Positions 25,601 through 38,500 of a stretch of 64,000 nucleotides of DNA are shown piece by piece. Made by a program: the position numbers and the translations under genes. How positions within the stretch are numbered: the first letter of the stretch is position 1; every line of letters begins with the position of its first letter. The stretch is from Lingula anatina. Its lineage: Eukaryota > Animalia > Brachiopoda. The notes below the pieces were generated by a model. It did no database searches. It had not been told where the DNA came from and saw only the letters and a program-made list of their open reading frames with translations. Location of the stretch: the NCBI GenBank assembly GCA_051362555.1, contig CM120640.1, positions 45,734,788 through 45,798,787 on the forward strand, given 5' to 3'.

Positions 25601-26500
25601 CACTTTGAGATAACTGTTGTCTGCATTCTTATGCACTCTGTCCACTCCTCCATTTTGTTATCATTGAATATTTAGTGATTCTTTTAAACAAAGTTTGAAA
25701 CCTGAATTAATTTTTCAGAAAGAAATCATGTTTTAGTTTTACCTAGTTATAAAAAAACTTGATCTTTTTTCTCCCTGAGTATCATGTTTTACCTATAGAT
25801 GGCGACTCTGTTTTCTGTAAGTATGAATTTGGGAGATAGAAATCAATATGTAAAAAATATCTCATCATGCTTATCTGTGGTTTTTAAAAGATAAACCTTT
25901 GCTGAAAAGTTATATTTTGAAACTGATCTTTAAATTATTAAGACCAAGGTGACTTTGCAAATTAAAGGGGTCAGTCAGTGCAACAGCTACTTTGCCATCT
26001 CTTAATCTAAGTATAGAATATCATCTTGACTTTTTTTGTTAATAATACACATGGATATTTTCTTAAAAGCAGTTATACATGCATGCTTTTATTTAATGTG
26101 ATCCAGTGCCTCTGTGAAAAAAAAGGTAACTTTTCTCACTGGGTAAAAGCATGATTTATGACTTCATTACAATGGTTACAGCTATGAACCCCTGCCACGC
26201 CAATTTCTTGTAGGAAGTGTTTGCTGGTACTCATAGATATGTCAGCAAGCTTCATGTAAGTGCTTTCAAAAAGCAAGACAGTTTTTGAGAGGAAAGGGGC
26301 TGGTTCGTTTTGATGCACTTATTTTTTATAGCTAGAACACTTTTTCTGCAGGGAAGTCAAATGGAAGAGAGATGTGTTAAAAATGAAGTTTATTTTAATA
26401 AATAATTGATAAAATAATAAATTACTTGTGACCACTTTGTCAAACAGTCAAATATTTCTTAATTTCTTATTTAAGATTTCTTCATTTATAATTACAATTT

Positions 26501-26597
<97 letters not shown>

Positions 26598-29500
26598 CTA
26601 GGCATGATTGATAAACATAAATAAGCTAAATAACAATTTATTGAAGTGCTGTAGATCCATTCGTGTTGACAGGTGAGGAGACAGTTATAATTGTTGAAAT
26701 GTTAATACTCGGGTTAGCAATTTGCCCTAAGTGCCATGACTGGTAGCTTCAAAGGGGCTTGATCCTTGGTACAACAATGATATTACAGAAGATGGAGCAT
26801 TTCAGGGATTTGTGATCTACTAATGTAATAGATACCCTCTCATGAATTGTAACTCTGCACACTCACATGTCACGGAATCACGGCAACTGTTCCATTTGTA
26901 AAAGTATCTTAATGAATCTGCTCTATATATGACAAGTGCATGTCCTAAGCTAAGGGTTTGTTCAGCATAGCAGACAGTGATCTTATTAAGTGAAAAACCC
27001 TGTATCTGAAATTACTCAGATGATATTTCACAGCACCTGTGCCCTAGAAGTATTAGTTTAAAATTCAGGGGCTGATTATAGCTTATGAATACATGACATA
27101 ACAGTATACGTAATTGCTAAACCTTCGTCATGCCATAAACCATTCTTGCAACTGTGCTGTGTAATCGTGTTTATATAGTATGTTTTATTTCAAATGTATA
27201 TTAGAATTTTTTTAAGTGATTAATCCTTAATCTCTGTCACATATCTGTTATGTAACTTGTAGTTTGGAGAGCCTACAAATGTACCTATGTACCATTTAGT
27301 GATCAATAAAGATTATTATTATTATTATCTATATGTTGTAGACTAGGAGGGGATAGGCAAAAACACATGAACACCTTTAAACAGTATATACCATGGAGAA
27401 TTTCAGTTGTGCCTCTCTGCTCCAAGGACAGAGAGAGATGGCATGAAAGGGAAGGTGTCTCAAATGTATATTTCTTATTCATGTAGAATGGTTTGGCAAA
27501 ATAATTAGCATCAGGCAAGATGATTTTGTGCAATATAGTTTCAACCTGATTGAGTTTTTGCTAATTAATTTACACTAGTTTATTGAGCATGTCAGAGAAA
27601 AAATTACAATTGCAATTAGAATTGTACCTAGATGACAGTAAAATCTAAAAACCATATTCAAAAAGCCAATAATGTTTACAGAATAAATTCTGCTTGATTT
27701 TTACAGTTGTATTATAGTCTTAGTTTAATAAAGATCAGATAAATAATGAAATGTACTTTTAAACTATCACAAAAGTATTAAAGCATAGAGGGAGGTAAAA
27801 TACTATAAATCATCACCCTAAGTCAACTTTATGCAGTTTATTGCATGAACTGTTTATAAGTTACTTCATACATATTTTGTCCTATGTCATCCACTTCCCA
27901 TGTTTAAGGATGACTCAGGCAAATCTTCATAAGATATCCAATGTCAACACATACCTTCTTTTGGTGAAAAAGGTCAAATGTCTGGGTTAACTGAGGCCAA
28001 AAGGTCAGCAATATAGAAGGTTGTGGCTGGGTTTATACACCAAGGTTCCAGTCCATTGCATTCAGAGTTCTATACAGTCCTGGTAGATTTTTTAAACAGG
28101 CCACTGTAGTAGTGAATGAAATTCTTTTTGAATAAGAACTGCATTTTTTTTCTGTAGCACCTTTATTGATGTAGTCTCTTTGGGGCCATTTTTTATTTTG
28201 ATTTTTATTTATTTGTTTGTGTTATTTTTATAGAATTTGGGGGGAACTTGTGCCATTTTCTGTGAACAAATTTATTAAGTGTGATATTACAGTAAAAACT
28301 TTTAGATAAAGAGTGAAACCTTCCATTTCTCTCCAAGATAACTGGAGCTCTTAATCTTTCCAAAGGACTCCTGTTTACTTAACGTTGGATAAGTAAATTA
28401 AAGTGTAACTATTCACCCTTTTTGTTTTATTCCCAACTCTTTTTTTTCCTCCAAAAACTCATTGCACCATTTCCCCTCTGCTGTTATCTTCCTCAATTTG
28501 TATGCTGAGAGCAATCTTCTTACCAGCTTCTTCAGGGATTTCAAACAATGAATATGCCTCTAAGCCTCATTCATTTGCATTCGGCCAATCAAAACTTGCT
28601 TCATCCATTTAAGCCTACAATATATATTAATATTATATTAATATTATATAATCATTTATTTTTATATTATTATATTCTTTAGAATTTGAAAAATTGTAGA
28701 AATGAAAGTATAATTGTATTTTAATGTGTTTACTTTGGAATTGGCATTAAGGAAATGTGATTAAAATAACTGCAGTAAGATGGTGGCAGTGACTTCTGAG
28801 TATTACTTTGTAGTTATAGTTGACATGAACCAGACCCAGAAGAAGGTGTATTTGCTCAATGTTATGTTTTCAGAAGAGGATATTAGCACAACCATTTGCA
28901 CAACTGTTTTAACCTTTCACCAAGCATGCTCCTGATTTTCCAAAGTGTTTTTCTAGCTGTTGTTGGAGATATCATTTTCAATATTACAAAAGATTATCAA
29001 CACAGTTCACTTAAGATGGGACCTGCAGGTTCCAGTGGAACATGTACCAGTAGTGTAGGCAAGAGTCATGTAACATGAAGTGGAATTTTAAACAGAACTA
29101 TGTGCCATTCTGCCCCAGCTCTGCCAGGAGCTCCAGAGGAATTGCCTAATAAAGGTACACGGGTTCCAAGGGGAGAGGTCCTTGTTCGTAATAACAAAAA
29201 AATTGAAAACTCATTGCACCATTTTCTCGTTCGGGAGCAAGAAAAATAGCTAAGCATGCCGAGATCTGTGAAGTTAGAATGCCTGGCAGGCACTATGTTT
29301 ATGCTCAGTGTTTGGAAAATATTCTTCGTAAAGTTTGCAGTTGGCATTGACTTTGTTGGTGGTTTTCAAAGACGTCAGCAGGCAGAAGGGTAGATGTTCC
29401 TTAGGACTTACATTGGAGCAAAGTAGGATTTATTGTTGAACAGCAGAACTGAGGAAGGAAGTGGATACAACAGGTTTGTTATTGTTATTTTCTTTTTATT

Positions 29501-32500
29501 CTTTGCAGCATTATGTTTCTCTTTGTGTATCCCAAATATAAGAAAAGAAGCATTGGAATATATGATTTTCCAGTTGAAATATTTGGTTTACTTCTTTGTG
29601 AACTTTGACCCAGGGATGCTTCCTGATTTGAACCAAAAGAGGGCAGCCCGTGTCAAGTTGTGGCAATATTATTGAACCTCAGATAGATACCTTGTTTGTT
29701 TTCAGTCTACATCCTTATCACATCACTGCGATAAAACAGTACTTATTACTTTATTCCAGGCCAATTCCACTGGCTTGTTTACCTACTCTCCTGTGTAGAC
29801 ATTCCTATGGCTACTAAACAAATGACAGCACTAATTCAAAGAATCACTCCCTGTCATTTATTGGTCATTTGGCTGACCAAAACAAACACTGTTAGCACCT
29901 GTGGCTGGTGATAATTTATTTCCCACCTGACTAATAGTGCCAAAGGTTTGACCAGAGGTCATTTTAGATTGACTATTAATGGAACCAAAAGCTTGAACTC
30001 TAGACCTTCCCTTATTGTGATCAGAGTAGAAAGTCAATGTTTTGTATTCATAATGATGCTACTTGACTTAAGGGTTTTATGGGTTGATACTCATAACACC
30101 GAATAATGGCCCAGATTGTTATTAATAGTCCACAGTGCTCTCCACTCACAGAGAACTTTATAAAGTTGTACGAAGTAGAGGTATGCCGGTTATTGCATTA
30201 AATTAAATACAGGCTGGTTAATTTTAAAAGAAAAGGACAACTCACTAGAGAATGAATAAACTGTGTATGTGTAAGGTCAGAAGGAAAGTTGCTTTTCTTT
30301 ATGATATTATTTTTTATGACCAGTGCAGCAGTGGTTTGTTCAGAGGGGGTAGTGGTGGATTATGGAACAGCAAGGTGATAATGTCAGCAGTTACTGATGG
30401 ATGAGGATGAATGATAGGAGAGTAAGGAGATAAACAATAACAGCCATGTGGTTACCAGCTTGTGAAATACAGTGGGAGAGAATTAATTGCTGAAAGATTT
30501 GTTTGGTCCGGGTCTCTGTGCTATGTGCAGTAATTATGTTTCAGTCAACGGGGCCCCTGGAACCTTCCCCACTTTTGTTGAATCTGCCCTCCCTTGAAGC
30601 TGAAGTAAAAAAGTAATCTTGGGTTATTAATCATGGTTTAGTGTCACGAAAGCAATTGAAAAAAAACTCAGGTAATTGTGCAGCTCTCAGTCCTGTGATC
30701 GGGACAGAGCAAAGGGCAATTTTTTCCAGCAGAAGAACAGAAAAATTTGGATAACCCAGACAGACCTGTTCATAAATCATGTGCACCCTACATCTGAAAG
30801 ATATGCAGAAGGCGGGGTTGTAGGAGAACATGCAAGAGTCGGCTGGGGCCCCAAGATTTAAATCTTCAAACACTTCCCTTTTATTTAATAAAAACCTAAC
30901 TGCACCGTAGATGAAAAAAATCGGGGCCATACATAAACTGTTTATTTTCATTCTGATTGATGCTAAATAGTCCTCCCAGCATGACCTCTGCTGCTTTTTG
31001 AGAGAGATACCCTATCTCGTCTTGACCCTTTAATCGGGAAGTAATTGAGTGAACAAGACACCTCTTTTGTGGTGGATTTATGGCCCAGGCAGCCCTGCTC
31101 TGCCCCTGTGCCCACTAGAGGTGGAAGGCCGACAGGTTGATTTGTAGCCCCTAACCCCCAAACACTATATTAGATCCTTTTTTCCAAGGCTGGTTCATAC
31201 TCAGTGTCTTGAGATATACATGTCTCTGAGTAGAGCATAATGAAGTAGTCAACTTCTATGAATAGCCTTGTGGTTTTGATATGCATCTTTTTAGTAACAA
31301 TACAGAACAGTGGATTTTTTAAAATAAGAAATGCAGAAGAAAAACATTCTAGATGGTTAATTGATAAAGATGACTATACATTTGCATAAATGCTAATTTT
31401 TAGAGGTTCTTTTTTATCTTAATCAAGATGACAAAGATGTGGAATTCAGTTGTCTCCATTTCATATGGTGTACTGTGTCTCAAAAATATAGCAGACTCTG
31501 TGAATAATTTTTCAGCATGTTTTTCCATAGCTACGTGATAAGGAAAGGTTATCATCCACAATCAGTGTTGTACACCTTGATTTATTTCACTGGTGATAGA
31601 AAACACAGCAAAATAATGGGCACAGATGCCAAAGTTATAAATTAAAGTTAATTAGCTGTGGTGTGCTCTGTGTTTTACATTTGATGGGAGTTATCGCTTG
31701 TATACCAGCTAAAGCAATGAATATAGCAAAGAAGAACATCAGAGAGTTTTTTTAAAGATGAGCTATACTTACCCTCTTGGTGTTGATGCATTTATGTGAA
31801 TTACAATGATAGAAAATCAAAAGAAGGGTAAAAAATAACCCTTACATAAATTCATCCATATTTTGACACAGGTATGAAGGTAAAAATCATTGGTAGAAGA
31901 TTAGCCCTTATTTCTCTTTGGTGCTAAATAAATTGCTTCCATTTTCACCTGTTTTTCAGTTTCGGTCCATTGAAAAAATCTCTCCCTTGGCTCCAAGTGT
32001 AGGACTGCCTGACGCCTTAAAGAGAGTAAATAGGCAGACAGAACTGTGTAGAAATTAATCATAGTAATCCCAAGGCTCACCCCCACCTAGACTGAAGCTC
32101 AGAAAAAATATATCCAGTATTTAATATTGTAAGGTACCATATAAAGGTCGTAAGGCTTTTTCAATACATGAAGATTAAGTAGTATGAGTACAGAATTAAC
32201 ACATTTTTGTCGGGTTACAGGTAGAAGTTTCCCCATCTCCAGGGTTCAACAAACTGTTAAAATAGACCTGAATTCTTTTTCACTAGGAACATGTATAAAG
32301 TTTCCCAGCCCCCTTGTAGTCTAAGATTAGGCCAAACACAGCGCAGCATTAATACTGTATATTTCAAAAATTTGCAAAAAAAAAAGTGAGAAAAAGTGAC
32401 ATGGGACAAACTATTAGCTCTAATCTCACAGGATTAGTGAAAAGAACTTACACAATATTTGGATTGAAAAAAAAGAAAGTTATTAAGTTTGCTGTTCCTT

Positions 32501-35500
32501 GTGTCATTTATGCATAGGAGAAAGATTTCAACACAAATCATGTCCATTATCCCACAAGCTGGGTCTTTTCCATAAAGTTCCCCATAGTTAACAAAAGGGT
32601 GGCCTTTTTGACACCTTGGGGCATTGACAGGCTGGTCATTTTATGGTCACCTCTGACCTTTCTGGCTCATTAATTGCGCCTGAACAGTAAATGCCAATGG
32701 ATCTCAAAGATGGCCAATCCTTGTATTGGTGAATATTTGATGTTAAACTGTTACTGGTTATCTACTTAGAATTCTGATTTTCCCCAGTACTAAAAAAATA
32801 AATAAATAAACATTGGCTTGAGATTTTCTAATTGGGTTAATTTCTTCGTGCTGTTTTCTTTTTTTTTTTTCCACCATGTTTTTTTGCTTTAAAAAACAAG
32901 TTTGTAATCATGACGTTTTTCCATTTAGATAGGATTTTGTCATGTTGTTATTTACACTTAATGTACAAATAAAAATTAAAATGGAAAAAAGTTAAAAGAA
33001 AAACCTCCTAACCACTGCTGCCTCTACATAAGTTGTGACAGCCTGCCTGAATATGTGACATTGCAGCCGACTGTTTCATTACAATTTCTAACTGCAGGAA
33101 GTCAATCCACCCCCCCCCCAACTGTCTGCTGTCATTTTAAAGGAGATAAGTCACCTGCAGTTAGATTTGCCTTCTATGGTTAGAAATCTTCATTTGTACA
33201 GTTTGCTAAGATATTAAGTTAAGTTGTCATAACTTGTCTGGAAATGCACCCACTGACTGAGCTAACCACATCAGATGTTAGGGTTTGATACAGTAATGAT
33301 GGATGTATTTATGTCTAAAAATGACAAATGGCTAAGTTTTGGTATTAATGCTTTTGCTGTATTTAAATAATATATTTCTTTTCAAAGTATATGCAAATCT
33401 TGATCTCCACACACTTTTGGCAACTTAAGGGTGAAAGGTGTGCCATTTGAATTAGAAGATGGAACTGATGGTTGACTGTAAAAAAAACAATTTTGCTGTA
33501 TTTTTTATTTCAGTATATCATTATATAAATAAAATGCTAAATCAGTGCCATTATTTTAGAACTAAAGCAGTATATAATCAGATAACAGGTATACACTATA
33601 TGGTTCCTAAGACCTCTCTGTCTTCCTGACTGGTCAAGAAATCATAAAACTCCCATAATTAAGAAGGCCCAATTATTTCAGTAGCCTGAGGTTGGTGAGA
33701 CTTGCTTCAACCACTTTTCTGTCACCCTGGAGGGTGTAGTAGGTAATAATTTCATAATTATAGTTGAAGTATTTTTTTAAACAAGTGGTATACCCTTAGT
33801 CCCTTACATATTAAAATCTATTTGCCATTTTAAAATGGTTGATATTGGTGTTTTTTAGGTACTGTTGGGTTTGAACTACAAAAAACTGAAGCTCTTAAAT
33901 TAGATAATGTGTATATTTCATTTTGTTTTGTCAAAGGTTTCTCCTGATGTGAAGATGAAGTGCCTTGGGCAAGTTAAAAGCATTTTATGGGTGACTAAGT
34001 TTTGAATATTTATTATGTGTATGTTTGACAGAATGTTAGACCCCACACCTAAGGTACAGGAAACTTGTGCATGTGTTCTTTTAAATGCTCTTCTCTGGCA
34101 TGACACTTGGTACAAAGAACAAAGGGGAATTTAAAAACTTTAATCTCTTGTTTAATTTCACAGAAATTTGCTTGTGAAATGAAGTGAATCCCCTTCAGAA
34201 CTTAAATGCTCCACTTCACAGGATCAAGCAGTTCCTTTTTTTTCTTTTTGTGTTGAAATATAGTTTTGATAGTCTGTGCAATAGCTAGTCACTGGTAGTG
34301 CTAGGGTCCTAATATTTAAATCCTTTGGAATAACTTGAGCTGTATCTGTAAATAATTAATTTACAGTGAAGCTGATGTAATTATATAAACAGCCTGTTTT
34401 TAGGTTAAAAACTGCTGGATTTGAGTCATTGTCTTCCATTTTAGCTCCATATGAATGTGCTGTGAATAGCTGCTGCATGCAGTAATTGTGCTGAATTTAG
34501 AAAAACAGTTGATGATAAAGGAGCATGCATATTTAACTTTAAAATGCACATTTTATATTCATGGTAAGCTGTAAGCATTATCCAAACCCTCACTTCTAAA
34601 GTTGTCTAAAAAGCACAGTGCTTTAGCTTAAAAAAAAAAAAGAAAAAAGGACTTGAAAATGAGCTGTTTGATCCAGGTGTTTTATACCTTTACAAGTATC
34701 CAAAGTGAAGTGTCAAGCTGTGCCAGTGTCTGTGTTAAGTGTCATCATCATTAATGGGCCACATTTTGTGTTGTAATCTAGCTTATTACAAGGCTCTCCT
34801 TTGACACTAACTACTCAAGCAATGTAAGGAGGGCATCAATACGACTGACCCGCGCCCAGCAAGATTTGACCTTTTTCTTGTGAGGATAATGAGAGTTACT
34901 GAAACCTTGTTAGTGTTTTTTAACATGCCAGGGTCTGTTAAAACCTTTTTGATGGGGTTTCCATCTGGCAGAGTTCTTTTTGAAGGCAACAGGATCTGTT
35001 TCATTCAGTGTCAGTCCTATGCATCTTAAACATCACTCACGAGGTACAGAAGTGGCTCAGGTTTTATGACATCCTTTGCAAATGAATTTTTTTTCTCCTG
35101 ATTGTGGAATCTTTCAATAACTTTTTGCACCTGGTCTTTGATAAAAAATGATTGAAAATGGCTGATTTTCTTGAAGAAAAAAATTCAGGTTATTTTTTAA
35201 TTAGAAGGCACTATAACCCATGGCATTTGGTGGTGAATTGTTTTTTCTCTCTTTTAGAGAAGAAGAAATTCAACAACCTGAAATAAATTGATAATCAACT
35301 CCCTGACAAAAGCGTTACAATGCCAAATGGAATAAGAGCAAGACCTTTTTTATTTTCCACATTTATTATTTGGTTGTCTACAACAGCAAAACAGACATTT
35401 GAAATATATCCCTAGCTTGTATGTAGTGGAGTAACTGGTAGTAGTGCAGGAGAAAAGCTTGTTCTTGGTGATCCTGCATGTCAGAGCCCCAGTAGGTGAC

Positions 35501-38500
35501 CATGTCAGCTCATAGATGTGCAGAAAACAATGGGGCTTTGGTTTTGTTCTGGCTTTTGGTGTGGCTGAAATTCTACCATTCTTGAAGCATGAATTAGTTG
35601 GATTTCCTCAAGTTAGTTTTCCCTTCAATTTGAGTAGGTCAAATTATTGGGATTTCTCTTATAGCAGGAGTTCTTTAAATTGTGCCCAGCCTGACAAGTG
35701 TTGGGTCTGTTTCGTGGCTGCGGGATTCATCAGTTTGGTATTCTACAAAATCTCTTGTAGAGAGGCCACATTGACTCCATAGGTTATGGTATGGTGAGAG
35801 GTCTGTGAGCTATGCCCTCCTACCTGTATTAACATGCCCTTTGGTATCAGATAAAACTCAGGAATAGTGGATGGGGGGCTTTTTAAGGGAGGTAAACACA
35901 GTCTTCATTTTGCAGGTTAAAAAAAATACTAATTTCCTTACATTACATACAAAAGAAAGACAGAAAAGTCAGAAAGTGGTGTCAGCTGACCAGTGGTATT
36001 TCCTTAATGCAGGCAATTTCAATCTGGGTAGGTTTCTTATGTTGCACTTCTAAGTCTTATTAGAGGCATTTGTTTAACTAGTCTTTCACCAACTGTTTGA
36101 CCTCCCAACTTCTATTGCCCTGACTTCTGATCCCATTCGGGTTATTAACACAACACAGAATAATAGGACATGTTGATCAAGGTTAGGCTTCAGCTTGAAC
36201 TTTTCTTTGTAGGCACCACAGATGCCTTGCAGCCATACACAGAGTCATGCCCCAGACCACTTATCCTTCCAAAACTTTTCAAAACTTGTCAATAAAGTTG
36301 AGTCAATTCATCTAGTGAGCTGAAAGGGAATCAACAAATGGTGTATGGGAGCACCTGTATCGGGTCAATCAAGATTCGCTGTATTAAGTTGCTCCTCCGT
36401 ATGGGAAGTGTCATATTTATACTGTTTTGAGCCTGAAAGGTTGGCAATTGCCGAGGTCGGAAATTGGGGAAGAATTACCACAGGAAATGGTGTGTAAAAC
36501 CCAGGAAAGAGGGACTTATTTTCAAAGTTGGCACTAGATTGACAAAGAGGGATCTTCTCAGTTGGCAGAAGTTTCCTGTTGTCTGCTCAAGATGTTTTTT
36601 TCTCTGTCTGTCTTTTTCTTTCTTTTTTTTTCTTTTTTCCCCCTTTTTCTTCCCTCCTGGCTTGTGCTATAATTTAGAGCCATTATTAACTCAGGCCACA
36701 AAATAGCACAGTAATTAGAATCCAAGCTGGTAAAAGATATATATTTGATTAAACCCAATAACAACAATTACTGAGATGGAAAACAGAAAATGCTTCCTAT
36801 CCCATGGAATAACATCACATTGTTTCTGTCCTGGATTCCTAGTTCATGCTTGCTGAAAGTCTAGGGTTTTTTAGTTTTGTATGTTCCCCATTTGACATAT
36901 AGTAAGATATGTAGAGAAAAAAGATATATTAGATCTTCTATTTTTGGATCAGAGTGCCAGGAATAAATAGACAGCTGGTTGTGACTTTGAGCTATGATAA
37001 GAATCCTTTGAGCACATCTCCAGTTATTATACCTGGAACTGCAGAGGATTTCTCCATTTATCAAAAAATGGTCAAATTCAATTGTACAATTGAGGTAAAT
37101 AATTTGTTTTTTGAAATTTATTTTCTGATTATTGCTGTGTCAAAACCCTATTTTCTCATTGTTAAAGTATCTGAAGTCGGACCCCTTACACATGTATCAT
37201 AGACTATTTTTCACAAGTATCCATCCCTACCTTGAGTTGAGGGAAATACAATTAAAGATATTTCATTTTATACAGTAGCAAGAAATTGAATTATAGAATT
37301 TATACCCTTGATCAAGATTGGTGTAAAATATGTTTTTATCAGGCCTTGTTCAGAAATTGAATTGTGGAATAGTATATGGTTTGTTATGTTTACAAAAGAA
37401 ATGATATGCAATGGTTTTAGTATGGACATAGTTATCTGAATAAAATTTAAATCTAGGATATGATGAAAAATATTACTAGAAATTGTAAAAGTAGTTGTTT
37501 ATAATGAGAATTTTTATCTGTACAAAGATGATGACCATGTATAAAATACTAAACTTATAATTGGCGCCCATTTAATTTCCTTGTGATAAATATTTCTGAG
37601 AACACAATGATTTTTCTTTCACTTTTTTATATAGAATGTAGTAAAAAGATATGAGCAGCCTTGTGGAGAAAGGACAGAATGAGTTCTTTTATTAAAGTTT
37701 ATTTTGTTGCTTCCTTTACAATATTGATAAAAATGCATCCCAAGAAATTATGCTGTTTAATTTCATAGCAGAAATGAACGTTTCAAGCGAAAAAAAAAAA
37801 TCTGAAGTGCTAATTTAGAGATAATGGTTATCTGTGCTTGACACCATTTGTATGCAAGGCACAAGCACAGTAGTTATGTCTTAGTAGCTAGGGCCCTTTG
37901 TTTACTATAGGTGGGAAGAAATGTGTTTGGGGGCAAGGAGGCAAGATTTATTACCTCTGTGATCCTTACCTGTGTTTACCTGCTGTCTAGACAGTCCTGA
38001 ATTTACAATGGCCTAATTAAGAGTTGACATGATCAGGAGAGATGAGGGGAAAGAAGAGGGGGGCATTCAGGCTAGACGTTTCATGAAATTCAGCATTACA
38101 GTATTAATTTTTCACTCTGCAATTTTATTAATGGTACCGAATTAATGATCGTCTCAGAGAGATATGACATGATCGTAAGAATTGTAGTGATAAAGGAAAA
38201 GAACTGAAATGTCAATTATTTATCACACATGCATGTTTACATACATATTTTTTGTATTATTATTAAAATAATTATTAATAATATTATAATTGCAGCAGTG
38301 CAAATTGTCATAAGAGTCCTGATGAACTATGTCTACTGACAGATTTTCATGATTAGGAGATATGGTGGGAGATATATGGGAGAGATAAAGCTGGATCAGC
38401 CATTGTGGTGAAGTTCTGTTCCGTTTTCCTGACCACTTTCATGCATGAGCCTTGGGTTTAGTTGTGGATTTAAAATGCTTTGAAGGGAAAACATTAGGTA

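Noticed and set aside
24005-27522. Seed-like matches to let-7 (tgaggtagt, 24005) and miR-31 (aggcaagatg, 27513)
   Set aside because: The matches stop after 9-10 nt and no precursor hairpin is evident.
25253-28098. tacagtggc...gccactgta as possible Tc1/mariner-type ends
   Set aside because: Only 9 bp match exactly and there is no internal transposase remnant.
36954-37202. Protein-looking ORF (PGINRQLVVTLSYDKNPLSTSPVIIPG)
   Set aside because: No RCC1 motif, no convincing donor, and the propeller is already complete without it.
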